A stretch of DNA of 64,000 bases. It comes from Mobula birostris (Eukaryota). The translations under genes were made by a program, and so were the position numbers. Numbering within the stretch: the stretch's first letter is position 1; the number at the start of each line of letters is the position of its first letter. This document shows positions 38,471 through 50,908 of this stretch, piece by piece. The notes below the pieces were generated by a model. The model had not been told where the DNA came from. It saw only the letters and a list, made by a program, of their open reading frames with translations, and searched no databases. The stretch spans positions 28,823,821-28,887,820 of the forward strand of contig NC_092379.1 of the NCBI RefSeq assembly GCF_030028105.1. The letters are read 5' to 3'.

Positions 38471-39329
38471 GCTTCTGCCTTCAGTCTCGATAGGACGGCA
38501 GATAACTTCCAAGAAATTATAACTATGGCCGATGTTAGGAAGTAAAATCGTATCAAAAATAGATCTTACAGTGACCTGCTCAACAATCAGTAGATAAAAC
38601 GGAGCCGAGGCTCTATGAACATGAAAAAGAAAATCCAATTTCGTTGATTTCCGCCTTCTTCCTTTTCCCCCCTCACTATAAATCCTATTCCCTATCTCTC
38701 TATCATTTTCCCTCCTCTCTCTCCACTCCCTGTTTCTCTAATACCTTTCAATCTATCAGCATCCCGCGAGATATTCCTTGTCAATAGTACACCAAATATT
38801 TACTCCCTAATATTTTTCCATAAGTGAGCCGATCTCCTATCCACGGCAATAGACTCAATTGAGAATTTATTTAATGCAGTTGCTTTCGGCCTCATATCTT
38901 AATGCCTCATTTCTCAGAATGTAATGACCCTGTACGTCCTGTACACCGTGTACCATAAAGAAGATCTTGCGAAAGTGTTCAAAGTCGTGACCGTGTATTG
39001 CAGACAACAAGGGGAAATGGATATTGAGGTGTCTCGAAAATCTGTTAACTTCCTATTTGCACCTATAAACTGAATTTAGGCCGAGACTTCTGCGATCCTG
39101 CCAGACTAAGGCAAACGAGTGACCCTCCTTTGTCTTTGCGTCCATTCTTGATTCGCTCTCCGGACAGCGCTCTGTGCACCAGCTAGCGACTGTAATTCCG
39201 TGCCGATTATTCCCCTTTAACGGTGCGTGCTGCAAGGCAGAAAGATACAATGAAGAGTTCGACGCAAGAGCCTCGGTGATGTATCACTGAACCATCTTCG
39301 ATCATTTCGCAAAGCAATGGTAGACAGCA

Positions 39330-39720
39330 AAACATCAATTAACGACAAGTTGGGGTGCGGAAAAGAGGCAGAGATGATGCTATGAAGACAGTCTCCCCTC
39401 AGTATCAACAAAACAAATGAACGGGCCATCGACTTCAGAAAGGGAGAGGGCGAGCGAAAATAACCAATAACTTTTTGAGATTCAGCACGTAGGCGCTATG
39501 TCCAAGGAAGCTCAAAATGGCATCAAGACCTCAGTAGGCAAAATAAAATTCGCACGTCCCCATTGACCCGGACTAATTTTTGCTGAGCCCTATAGAAAGC
39601 ATCATTTCCAGGCGCATTATTGTTTGAATGGGAAATATGCTGCACGTGACTACAATAACTTCAGCCGAGTTATAGACACAACCTAGCATCTTACTGACAG
39701 AATATGAATTTTGCCTGCAC
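39330..39720 (+). mobile_element. Rex1/Babar-type LINE remnant
   Basis: Decayed LSINKTNERAIDFRKG and IESI...GN...RDYNNFSRVIDT motifs. Confidence 0.5.
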
Positions 39721-40519
39721 TCTTGCTGAATCAGTGAAACAGCAGGCTCATTCAAAATATTACCCATTCTTGATATTCGTTCATTCTCCCCTCCAATCCG
39801 GCAACAGATATAGAAACATCAGAGTCAATCTCTAAAATTCTATTAAAAGACAACTGCAAAGTTCCCCTGTAAGAGGAGTTGAACACTTAACGTCACAAAC
39901 GAAATCAAAGGAAATTCACCATTTCGTCACCTTGCACAACACTTTCGTTGCAGCTGCTTAACTGTATTGCCAATTCTGTTGTTGACTCAGCTTGGACACC
40001 TTCAATGCCCAATGCAATGATTTGATGCCTGTAAAGATATGCAAGGCAGTATTTTCACTGTACCTCGGTGGACAAGTCATTATCTAACCAAAGCCTAAAC
40101 CAGCTGGTCAGTCTGGGTGAGTAAGCAGGGAGAGTCAAAAAATTAAGCCGGCATTATTTAAGTATAGGATATATGATTAGCGAGTAAACGTGGCAGTGTT
40201 TGTGTTCGGAATTATATTTCACTTGTCGCCGTGCTAATTGCTGCCCCCCTGATATCTCCAGGAACCCGGTTTCAATTCGACCACTAAAGTTGTCTGAAGG
40301 TATGTCTTGACGTGCCCATGTGTCTCGCCTCCTCCGGAATCCGAATGTCCATAAGACCATAAGATATAGGGACAAAAGTACGTCATTCAGCCCATCGAGT
40401 CTGCTCTGCTATTCAATATTGGGCTGATCCAATTCTTCCATCATCGCCATTCCTCTGCCTTCTCTCCATTCCCTTTGATGTCCAGGCTAATCAAGAACCT
40501 ATCTATCGCTGCCTGAAAT

Positions 40520-42170
40520 CAGCGGTCCCCAACCACCGGGCCGCGGACTGGTTCCAGGCCGCGAAGCGTGCGCTACCGGGCCGCGGGGAAACAATATGAT
40601 TTGGTGATATGAAACGATATGAGTCAGCTGCACCTTTCTTCATTCCCTGTCACGCCCATTATTGAACATGAACGCCCGCGAACTCATTACTCACGCAAGG
40701 ACATCAGTTGGTCATTAACCTACAGCAATTCGATGACTGTAAAGCAAACGCCACTTGAGAGTTATTTGAAATAGATGGTAGGAGATATAAAATGCCTGAC
40801 AATGATAATAACGCAGAGACAGTTGAGGCCGAGTATACAAAATAAAACAAAGCTTCCTTCAACAGAAAATGCGGCGAGTGGTACTTAAACTATGGCTTTA
40901 TTACGACCGGTGACTCGCACGCTCCAAGCCCCCTGTGTGTGATATGTGGAGACAAATTGTCTAATAAGGCAATGAAGCCCTCAAAGCTCATTCGGAACCT
41001 TGAGTACATGCACCTTGCACTTAAAGAAAAAGCCGTTGAGTTTTTTGAGCGGAAGAAACGTGAGCAAGCGGAACGGTAACAACTGCTGACAGCAACCACC
41101 TCAACAAATGCCGCTGCTCCGAGAGCGTCGTACTTAGTCGCTAACCGTATTGCTAAGGCTAAGAAGCCTTTCACTGTTGGTGAAGAATTGATTCTGCGTG
41201 CTGTCAAAGACATGTGCTGTGAACGGTTGGGAGAAGCTGCAGCTAACAAGATGGCACAGGTTTCTCTTTCAGCTACCACAGTTTCAAGGAGATTCGATGA
41301 CATAGCGGAGGACATCGAAGCACAGCTGTTGGAACGGCTTAACGAGTCTGGTTTCACTACCCGAGTCAAAGAGGTTGGTCCTGAATGACAGTCTACACAC
41401 TGTGTCACACACAGGGAAATTCTGGCTAGCTGAAAAAACGTCACCTGACCTTAACAGCGTATTGTGTGACGTTATTGAAGTTATCAATCACATCAAAGCA
41501 AAAGCCCTGCCTTCACGTCTGTTTGAGCAGCTTTGCGAGGAAATGGATACAGAGCACAAACGGCTTCCCTTAAACACTGAAGTCAGGTGGTTATCAAGGG
41601 GGAGAGCCTGTGTGACATCTTCAACCTGTTCAATGAACTCAATTTGTCATTTCAGGGGAGAATGACAACTGGCTTCAAGTTGGCAGTTAGAGTGTCTGCT
41701 TTCACAGCCAAACTGGAACTGTTGGGACGGCGAATGGACAGGAGCATATTTGACATGTTCCCAACATTAGCTTGGAATGTGGGAGAAAATGAGGCTCACA
41801 GCTGGTGCACGAAAACCTATCTCCGCTGTCGACAGAATTTGAGCGTTACTTCCCAAGTGCAAATGACCCAAGACGTGGAAAGGATGAGTCCGTGACCCAT
41901 TTGTTAATGTCCCTGGGGAATCATCTATGTCAGCGCGAGAAGATCAATTCCTCGAGTTTGCAAATGACGGTGGGCTGAAAAGTATGTTTGACATAACGTC
42001 TCTTCCGGCATTCTGAATCAAAGTCAAGGCTGAATATAGTGACAGAGCCACGAAAGCACTGAAAACGTTGCTTCCATTTCCAACATCATATCTCTGCGAA
42101 GCGGAGTTTTCTGCAATGAATGCAAAGAAACTAAATTGCGGAATAGACGGGACATAAGGAACCCTCTTAT
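40520..42170 (+). mobile_element. hAT (Buster/Charlie, ZBED5-like) DNA transposon, internally deleted
   Basis: 5' TIR CAGCGGTCCCCAACC; PSPLCVICGDKLSNKAMKPSKL..., ASYLVANRIAKAKKPFTVGEELIL, HCVTHRE, LPFPTSYLCEAEFS motifs. Inserted in a CR1 tail. Confidence 0.9.
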
Positions 42171-42839
42171 AGTTGACTTATCACTATATTTAGGAGAGGA
42201 AAATATGCGCTGTGTGTTTAATATTAAATTCGTTAGATAAACCCTTTTAGAAACGAAATTGAGTGATTAGATTAGATTATTAGATTATGAGGACACGCAG
42301 TCCTCTTTTATTCGTCATTTAGTAATGCATGAATTAAAAATGATACAATATTGCTCCGGTGTGATATCACAAAAACCCAGGACAGACCAAGACTGAAAAT
42401 CTAACAAGAGCACATAATTATAACGTATAGTTACAACAGTGCTACAATACTATAACATGCTGAAGAACAATCCATGGCACAGTAAAAAAGTTCAAAGATT
42501 CTCGAAAGTTACACATCTCACGCAGACGGGAGAAGGAAGAAAACTCTCCCTGCCATAACCGCCACAGTCCGACTCTGAGTCGTCCTAAAACTTCGAGCTC
42601 TGATCAGCCCTCCAACACCGAGTACCGAGCACCATATCTGTCCGAACGTTTCGACCTCAGTCTCGGTCGCCAAGAGCAGGCAAAACCGGGGATTTGGGGG
42701 CCTACCCTTAGGAGATTCTCGATCGCACAGTAACAACAACAGCGAACCAGGCATTACAGAAATTTCTCCAGATGTTCCTCTGCTTCTCACACCTGTCTTC
42801 ATCAAATCTGAATTGTCCACGGCCCCTATTTAACAGATA

Positions 42840-43312
42840 TGATATCATTTTCACCGGAATATGGAATATATGGCTGTGTTGCGAAGTTTGTAGATGATAC
42901 GAAGATTGATGGAAGGATAAGTCGCTCTGAGGAAGCATGTAGGGTACAGAAGGAAAGAAAGATGAGGAGAATTGGCGAGAGAGTTGCAGACGAAGTACAA
43001 TGCACCAAAGCCCATATCATGCATATTGGTATGAGAAATAAATGTCCAGAATCTACGATACAAGGAGACTTGGAGGATCCAAGTGCAGAACACCCTGACT
43101 GATAACTTGCAGGTAGAGTCGGTGGTGAGGAAGGAAATACAATGTTAGCATTAATTTCAAGATGTCCAGAATACATGGGCAGAGCGTAATGCAGAGGATT
43201 TATAAGACACGTGAGGCCTCACCTTGAGCATTCTTAACAGTTTTGGGTTCCTATTCTACCAAAGATGTACTGGCATTGGAAAGGGTTCAGAGGACATTCA
43301 CATAGATGGCAC
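42840..43312 (+). mobile_element. CR1 RT 3' fragment (duplicate of ~7890-8375)
   Basis: CVAKFVDDTKIDG; strongly similar to the 7.9-8.4 kb copy. Confidence 0.8.
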
Positions 43313-43458
43313 AGTCAGTCCCGCAAGCAAAGCAGCTGTCCAACTAACTGAAAAATGTAGTCAGTAATTAATCCCCTTTGCCCTGTAGTGCCGCCTTCTT
43401 AAGTCAATCACGTGACAGTGGTGAATATGTGTTTGCGCCCCGGATGCTTTCCGGCAAA

Positions 43459-43473
43459 GGGCTCCCTCTACCG
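43459..43473 (-). promoter_or_regulatory. RSS-proximal CTCF-type motif
   Basis: Minus strand CGGTAGAGGGAGCCC, 24 bp beyond the nonamer. Confidence 0.5.
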
Positions 43474-43497
43474 AGCGCTCACTGCATCACGGAGGTC

Positions 43498-43536
43498 GGA
43501 TTTTGTCTGGAGTCGTCATCGCCTTGCAACACTGTG
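43498..43536 (-). other. 23-RSS
   Basis: CACAGTG + 23 nt + ACAAAATCC. Confidence 0.95.
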
Positions 43537-43969
43537 GACATCATGGCGCAAAGATAAACGGCGGAGTCCGACACAAGACCAGCAGAGATGTTCAAATGGG
43601 CTACCTGGCTGCCACGCTGCCAACCAGCGGTAAACCTCGCTGGACATTCTAGATGCCGTTCCATCGTGCCAGTGCTATATGCCTTCAGCAGATATCTCGG
43701 AGATTCCACGCGATGCTGAACGTACCAAACAATAGAGTTAGGATTGCCAGTGTAATTACAGTACAGTGTTACAAATTGATCTTCCACAATCGTTAATTCA
43801 AGAGGCCATTGCGTCACGGAATCTTTCCCATTTGCTCCTGCAATAAAAGGACAGAATGCATGAACAGTTTCGGCTTTCTTCAGACATACGGAACAGATAT
43901 AGCGCGTCACCGTGGAGACTCACCGGACATCATATTCAATAAAATCAGCAGATAACAAAGAGAATTCAT
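43537..43969 (-). CDS. Intact TCR alpha/delta-like V gene segment (family B, extra Cys)
   Basis: Leader 43924-43969 MNSLCYLLILLNMMS; exon 43537-43837 GANGKDSVTQWPLELTIVEDQFVTLYCNYTGNPNSIVWYVQHRVESPRYLLKAYSTGTMERHLECPARFTAGWQRGSQVAHLNISAGLVSDSAVYLCAMM. No stops. Confidence 0.94.
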
Positions 43970-44948
43970 TGTGTCTGGCTTCAAACTCGATCGAAAGAGA
44001 GCTTATTTTCAACAAGTTGATATCCTTGACCGTTATTGAGGAGTAAAATCAGATCTGCAGCATATTTCAGCTGGCGTAAATCTAGGGGCGTTGCGTTGCC
44101 TGCCAATGGATTGATTGGCTTTAAAAAACTCATCAGCTCCGGTCCGTGCACCAATCACAGATCGGTTTGTTTCAGTTCCTCTATATAGTTTTATACATTC
44201 GACGCCCGGAGCCTTAAATAGCGCCGCGCTAGCCTCTGTGCGAGAGTGGTTATACTTCACTTTCTCTCTTGCGTTCTTCTTCCAGTCAGGATCCCATTTC
44301 TATTTCTCTCTCCTCCCGATGTTTATCGCTCTACTCTCTGTTCTGCCGATCACCATCTCTTGTTCTTTCACTTCTTGATTTCTCTTTACGTCTCTCCGAG
44401 TTATCCACTTTGTCATTCCATCATACCAAACCGCCCACTTTCGCCTCCCATTTTACTCACCATCTCAACCGCCCACCGTTTTCCCTGGATATCACTTCCT
44501 CTGCTCACTCGTAAACCGAAACTCACACTGAGACGTATTTATCGTCACATTTCTCCCTGCGGAAAAACGGCGAAACGCCACTGAGGCAGACAATAAGAAA
44601 AAAACTTGTTCACTCGGGGGAACGGGGGATGTGCTTTCGCTTGAGTCTTGTGGACGGACGAGAGTTTGGTGAAAAATTTGCAGATGCTGAAAATCCTATG
44701 CAATTCCCAAAACTCTGGAGGAAGTCAGCAGGTCAGGCGGAATCTGGGGAAAATATAAATACGGGATTTGTCGATCTCACCTCTTCTCCTTCGTTGTAGT
44801 TTCAATGACACTTCATTTCTAGCAATGGATCTTCTTCTTTGCTCCCTCTTTCGGTTCTCTCCAATATTTCCGTTGCTGTTTCACTCAATAGTTCTCTGTC
44901 TACCTCTGTATTCTAATCTAATCCATTTTGTCTACCCCATACCCCCGG

Positions 44949-44950
<2 letters not shown>

Positions 44951-45004
<54 letters not shown>
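44951..45004. repeat. (TC)n microsatellite
   Basis: Direct inspection; homologous arrays at 37444-37472 and 51221-51266. Confidence 0.95.
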
Positions 45005-45007
<3 letters not shown>

Positions 45008-45571
45008 TCACTTCGCGCTCCCCACAGCTTGCATACTCAGCCACAGCAATTCAATCAGATTTTTTTTTTCTAAATCATCATTGTAGATTTTAACTAGCAG
45101 TAGAAACAACCTTTAACCGATTGCCAGTTCACTTGGTATTCATTGTGAATCTTAAACAATACCATCCATTGCTCACCACTTTTAGAAAGCAAATGTCAAT
45201 ACAGTCTAATTGAAATTTATCTTCATCAGAAGCATTTAGTGTGTCAGCTAATCCGATGCTGTCTAGTCACATATACCCTCAGTATCTCCAGTTTGAGCTC
45301 ATCTTCACTGTTAACATTTCAAGGTGGTGAAAAAATTATATCCAGCCAAACGTCGTTGACCACAAGATATTGTTGCAGGCAACAGAAAGAGACATGGACA
45401 CCGAGATATAGTGAAAATGTTTCGCAAAAGCTGCCAAAATATTCAAAGGTAAAACTGAATTCAAGAAGTGTTCCTCAATGTTGGGAGCATTTTGCTACTG
45501 AATGCAGTATTTTAAGTCGACCAAATGATCCTCATGCTTCGTGCGTACGGCTGTAGCAGATTCCCAGCAAA

Positions 45572-45585
45572 GGCGCCCTCTAGTG
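45572..45585 (-). promoter_or_regulatory. RSS-proximal CTCF-type motif
   Basis: Minus strand CACTAGAGGGCGCC, 13 bp beyond the nonamer (45599-45607). Confidence 0.65.
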
Positions 45586-45636
45586 ATCACGCAAGGTTGG
45601 ATTTTTTCCGGCCCCGCTGTGTCTCACAATACTGAA

Positions 45637-46066
45637 GGGTCTGTTGCACAGTGGCATACACCAAAGTCTGGCACAAGAACTTCAGAGATATTTAAATGAG
45701 CTGACTCTGCCTTTGTGCATATCAGCTGTAAATCCCGCCGAACAATCTGGAGGCCGCTCCAGACTTCCTCAGCCATATACTTTCAGCAGTTATTTTTTGA
45801 AATTTTCCGCGATGCTGAGTGTACCAAAAATGTTTGCATTAGTTCCTAGGTAATTTCAGTTCAGAGTTATGGTCTGACTTCCGTCAGCTGTTAAGTTAGG
45901 AGCATCCTAGTTCACTGAATCTTTCCCTCTCGTTACTGCAATAAAGGACAGAATGCAGTAATATCCCTCACTTGCACTGAACTCACGTGGCACTCGCTGG
46001 TCATATGTGCAGCGTCTTACCTGTCAGGATGGCGAATGCAATGAATAAGAAACAGAGGGAACACAT
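45637..46066 (-). pseudogene. TCR V pseudogene (family C)
   Basis: Leader MCSLCFLFIAFAILT with GTAAG donor; TRGKDSVN*DAPNLTADGSQTITLN*NY; 1-nt deletion at the conserved Trp; RSS relic TTCAGTA-22-AAAAAATCC. Confidence 0.92.
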
Positions 46067-46119
46067 GCTTCTGGTTTCATCCTCGATTGGACGGCAGATA
46101 ACTTCCAAGAAGTTATCAT

Positions 46120-46170
46120 CTCTCTCACTCTCTCTCTCTCGCTCTCTCTCTCTCTCTCGCTCTCTCTCTC

Positions 46171-46215
<45 letters not shown>
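46120..46215. repeat. (TC)n microsatellite
   Basis: Direct inspection. Confidence 0.95.
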
Positions 46216-46216
<1 letters not shown>

Positions 46217-48362
46217 GATGCCAGTGGGAGAGATGGAGAAACTACTGCCTATTCCCAGCTGAGCATATCGGTATAAAAAGAATGCTTAATACTGACTATA
46301 ACATCGAAATAGTGAGAGCTGATTCCTCTCTCGCTTTTGAACCAGCCATATCAGTCTCCAATTTATTAGAGAGAGAGCGAGAATGCCTGTGAAACAATGA
46401 AATGTTGCAATAAACAGCTAGCTTTGTTGTACTGTGGACCAAGCCACTCTTGTGTTTGTGGTTGTTGGTGGAAATGCTGATGCTTTATGCTAGAATAAAT
46501 GAGAGAGGCAGGAGCTGGTTAGGTTAATGCTGCTTCTCGCTGATTGAGCAACGGATATGGCAGGGGACTTTTAGGTTCTTATCTTTTTTTCTGATATTGA
46601 TGCTTTGAGTTTTTGTTCTGTTTTAATGATGTCTGTGGAGACTTTAAATTTCAAGTTGTGTATTTTGTAGCTCTCTGAATTTAGGCGGAACCATTCAAGC
46701 AAGCTGGACATTCGTTTCGCTGCACCCTGGTACATCTGACAACAACAAATATATAATATACATAAACCAGTTTCATGTAACTGTCAGCGTCTGCAAAGTG
46801 AAGGAATATGTCAGGCTATCCTTCATTAGTTCATTGAACATGGGTTGAGCAGGAAAGTGGCGGTGGTGGTGGACTGCAAAGTGCCTATCATGACACCCTG
46901 GCGATATCTGGTGTCATGTCCTAGGGATTCGGTTCGATTCCGACCTTCCGATGTGTCAGCGGATACTTACGTGCTCAGCTTCCACAATTCCCGAGTTGCT
47001 ATGTTTTCCAATGCCCGAAAAAGACGCTCTGGGTAGCACGTGCTCGTGATCGGAGATCAGTGAATGTACATGTTAAGAGGAATTTGTGAAATTGGACAGA
47101 CAAATCAGTTGACAATAAGACCATTAGATATAGGAACTGAAGTAGGCCATTTGGCTTGTCGAGACAGCTCCGCCATTTCAGAGGAGAAGATGCTGTGATA
47201 GAATTATTCGATACACTAAACACATAAGTAAAAAGAGATTTTCAAAAAGTCGAAATATACCTTTGGAAACAGATGCTATCAATTTGTGCTCCTTCGACAG
47301 TAACGGGACGATCTCACTGTTTGTCTCTTCCATCCATGAGAAAAAAACAAAGTTCTCAAAGCATGTTCCCATGAAACAACAATAGACTATTCCCACTTGC
47401 AAGAGTATTAAACGGCAGCATGGAATTGAATCTTAATCTTGGTATGAACTATCTCTCTATTTCCTGCCTGCGCTGATTTTTATACGTCTGTTACAGTTTA
47501 TTTATGTATTCTTTTATTGTTTTACTTTGTACTCACTCAATAAGCTGTGTAGTGAATACATCTGGACAAAGAGAATCAATGCAATAATGCGACGATAATT
47601 AACAATTTCCGTTTTCAATTTAGATATGTAGCAAAATGCTGCACGTGGTGATAACATCGGATCCGTTCAATCCGATTGGGAAACCAGATTATACTAGCAA
47701 TCAATCTGTTGTGACCCCATTTCCTCTCTCTTCCTTCGTTCGCCTTTATACTGAAAATGCCTTCAAAAATATGAATCTCAGGATAGCATGCGGTCACGTA
47801 TATGTACTTTAATCATAAATTTAATTCAAACGTTGAACCTTTTTCTGACAGCTTGGGAATGCAACGACCAAAATAGTATCTGCGCTCTCCAACACGCTAA
47901 GCATCCGCTGGTTCTGCCGAATTATCTAAATAGTCAGTATAAATAGTAAGTAGCTGCTGCAACATCCTTAATCTCAGTAGCATGTCACTTGCAGTTACTT
48001 GTCAGTTGGAAAAAGTCCAATTTTCACACCCTCTGTTTTCCTTTAGTCAGCCATTGTGCCATTTAAATATATCCCGGTTCCACCCCGTCCTCATTATTTC
48101 ACACTGCAGATACTTGAACAAAGTGGCCAAAGACGATGTCAAACAAGGCTGTCAATCGTGATATGCCTTTGCAGGAAACGATGGTGGGCGATTGCACATT
48201 GCGGTATCCCAGAAAGTTATAAATCCCAGTTTGTGTCCGCGTTGTAATCAGGAACTGCGCCTTTAGCTTCGGCGCCTTCTGCTGCTGAATGCAGCGGTCT
48301 GAAGTAGGGCACGTGACTGTGACTGATTTCTGGGTGCGCCCACTGCAGATTCCTCGGAAAAA

Positions 48363-48376
48363 GGCGCCCTCCACTG
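48363..48376 (-). promoter_or_regulatory. RSS-proximal CTCF-type motif
   Basis: Minus strand CAGTGGAGGGCGCC, 25 bp beyond the nonamer. Confidence 0.55.
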
Positions 48377-48401
48377 AGACCTTTTTGCAATATACAGAAC
48401 C

Positions 48402-48440
48402 AGTTTTTGCACGGACCCGCCGTCCCCATATAACAGTGTG
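48402..48440 (-). other. 23-RSS
   Basis: CACACTG + 23 nt + GCAAAAACT, identical to 34897-34935. Confidence 0.92.
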
Positions 48441-48854
48441 GTACCCATTGCACAGAGATACATGGCAGAGTCCGACACAAGAGCTTCACGAATATTCAAT
48501 TGAGACGTCTTGCTGCCTTTCTGTAGAGTAGCGGTAATCCTCTCTGAATACCGCTGCGTTCCTCCTGTGCTATATAACTTCAGCAAATAATTTGGAGGTC
48601 CTCCACTATGTTCAATGTACCAAAATATATCTCTATTAGCGTAGGTGTAACTACAATTCATTGTTACGTTCTGTCCTTCCTCAGTCGTTATATCGGGAGG
48701 ATCCTGCGTCACTGAATATTGCCCACTCGTTCCTGCAAGAAAGGACAGAATATAACAACAACAATTGAATGCCGGGCAATCTCGCTAGACAGCTTCGCTG
48801 AGACTCACCAGGCAGCGCAGCCAATGCAATCAACACTGAACAGAGGGAAATCAT
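48441..48854 (-). CDS. Intact TCR alpha/delta-like V gene segment (family A, short form)
   Basis: Leader 48809-48854 MISLCSVLIALAALP; exon 48441-48732 GTSGQYSVTQDPPDITTEEGQNVTMNCSYTYANRDIFWYIEHSGGPPNYLLKLYSTGGTQRYSERITATLQKGSKTSQLNIREALVSDSAMYLCAMG. No stops. Confidence 0.94.
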
Positions 48855-49025
48855 GCTGTCTAATTTCTGGCTGAATCGAACGGCAGATTCCTTCCAGGGC
48901 GTTACTATCACAAGAGATATTGTGGCAGGAGATATTTTTAGCGATACCTTTCACCTTGTGTAAAACTGGAGGTGTTTCTCTGGTTAAAAGATTGGCTGAC
49001 AGAAAGAACCGAGCCTTCCTGAGCA

Positions 49026-49064
49026 CCAATCAGAAGCTGCTTTGTATCCATTCGTCATTCGTCA
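49026..49064 (-). promoter_or_regulatory. Putative V promoter module with duplicated CRE half-site
   Basis: TGACGAATGACG-19 nt-CTGATTGG, 172 bp upstream of the ATG. Confidence 0.6.
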
Positions 49065-49789
49065 TTCTGCCTGCATTGAAACACTTATTCAAAGGTCCTC
49101 AAGAGTTCATCCAGATACTTTCAAATTTTTGTTTGCTGCAAAGGTGCCAATTTCTTATCTACGCCAATAGACTCCGGACAGCACTTTCTGTGTAGCCACC
49201 ACTTTCTTCATAAAACAAAAAAACTTCACGTCTGGCATTTCCCTTGTAATTTCTTCCATTCGCCTCAAGGTATCATCCTCCCGCATGAGCCATTTCCACC
49301 CTTAGGTCAAAGCACTAGTTGTCCACTTTACTTATGCCCCTTATCAATCATACACAGCTATTAAGTGACCCCTTACCTTCTGTCGTTCCAAAAAGAAAGG
49401 TCCTTGCTCCCGGAAACTGAATGTCCCGTGGAATATAAATGCACTTGCGGATGTGTAACTGAATTTCAACATTACGATTGGTTCTCCTTTAATCGTCGCT
49501 GAACAGAGATAAATCTTTCCCAGACGATTCTGCAAAAGAGGGACAAAATGACTGAACATTCAATGCCCCCATTGCACATGCGAGACACCAGCTCACTATT
49601 TGTGCAAAGGTACGCCGAGCAGCATAACCCATATTATCGGTAAGGATCTGGAAGCACATAGTGTCCACTTTCAGGCGAGATGTGAGCCAGATTACATTCA
49701 AGAAGCTAATACCATAGACTGGCGAGAATTATGTCAGATACGCTACACCCAATCACTTTGTGAGAAACCTCCGTTGTTGCAAGAGGTTG

Positions 49790-50908
49790 TTTAAGGAGCC
49801 GACCCAAAAGCAAGACACTGACACCGAAGTACGAGGAACTGGACTAAGATTATCAAGAATGCAAGGGAAGTTGGGAAGCAGGATTGATCAGAGGGTAATC
49901 CAGGACAGAACAAAGCGTAAGCAGCGATGAGCGTAGCTGGACACGGACACAGGCCCTGGACTAGACTAGCACTCAGGACCTGGGACAGGACTTGCACTAG
50001 GAGTACAGGACCCGGACTTGGAACTTGGAACAAGGAGCCTGGACTAGGAACTCGGAACTCTGGAACTGGACTCTGGACAAGGAAGCTGGGTCTTATCTCG
50101 GACCCAGAACCAGGGCCTAGGCTAGGACTCGGGACTATGATCTTGGCTAGGACTCGGGAGAAGGACTTGGATCGGACTTGATATTCGACTGGGACTTGGA
50201 TCGGAATTGAAACTCGACTGGGACCTGGAACACGAATCCTTCACCTGGACTGGATTGGAACACGAAGCCTTGACTTGGACTGGACTGTAACACGAAACAC
50301 AGAGCCGGGACCCCTCCTTGGATATAGGATATGGGGCCGGGGCTCATCTTAGACACGGAACACCGAGCCACGAGCCCTCTTTGGGGAAAAGACGTAGGGC
50401 AGGGACACTTCTTATGCACAGAACACTGAACACGAAGAGACAGATCTCGACTCAAGCTAACAGCAAACAGCTGGCCCTACCTAGCGAAGGCGAGGACACG
50501 AGGAGACAAGTCTACACAACAATAGACTGTTCCTTATATTAACGACACAAGGCTCCAGTCTCACACCGGCGGGTTAACTTGACAGGGATTCTGACGAAGT
50601 CACAGACGAGGTCGCAGACAAGAACGCAGACGAGGTCACTAAAGAGGTCACTGACGAAGGTTGCTGACAAGGTTTACGAGCAGGTTTCAAACGAGGTTAC
50701 AGACGAGGTAACTCACGGGTTTCTGAAGGGAACGGTCCAGCCGTTATCAATGGACCCCAGAGCAATTTATGTTGCCAGCCCGAGACGAGAATCAGGTGCT
50801 TCAGTTAAGGCCCCCCACGGAACAAGGGAAAAATGAAATAACCGGACTACCAAATCCACGGACCGGACCGTGAACCGGAATGGTCACTTCGCTGAATGGA
50901 CCGTGGCA
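49790..50908 (-). mobile_element. Duplicate of the LTR-like repeat element at 36190-37142
   Basis: Same tandem arrays; this copy is longer at its low-coordinate end. Confidence 0.4.

Noticed and set aside
34794-48440. Read-through ORFs beyond the RSS that might encode secreted V domains with tails
   Set aside because: The tails of the two close paralogs are in different frames (…ICKKLSLEG vs …IAKRSQWR), so there is no sign of coding constraint.
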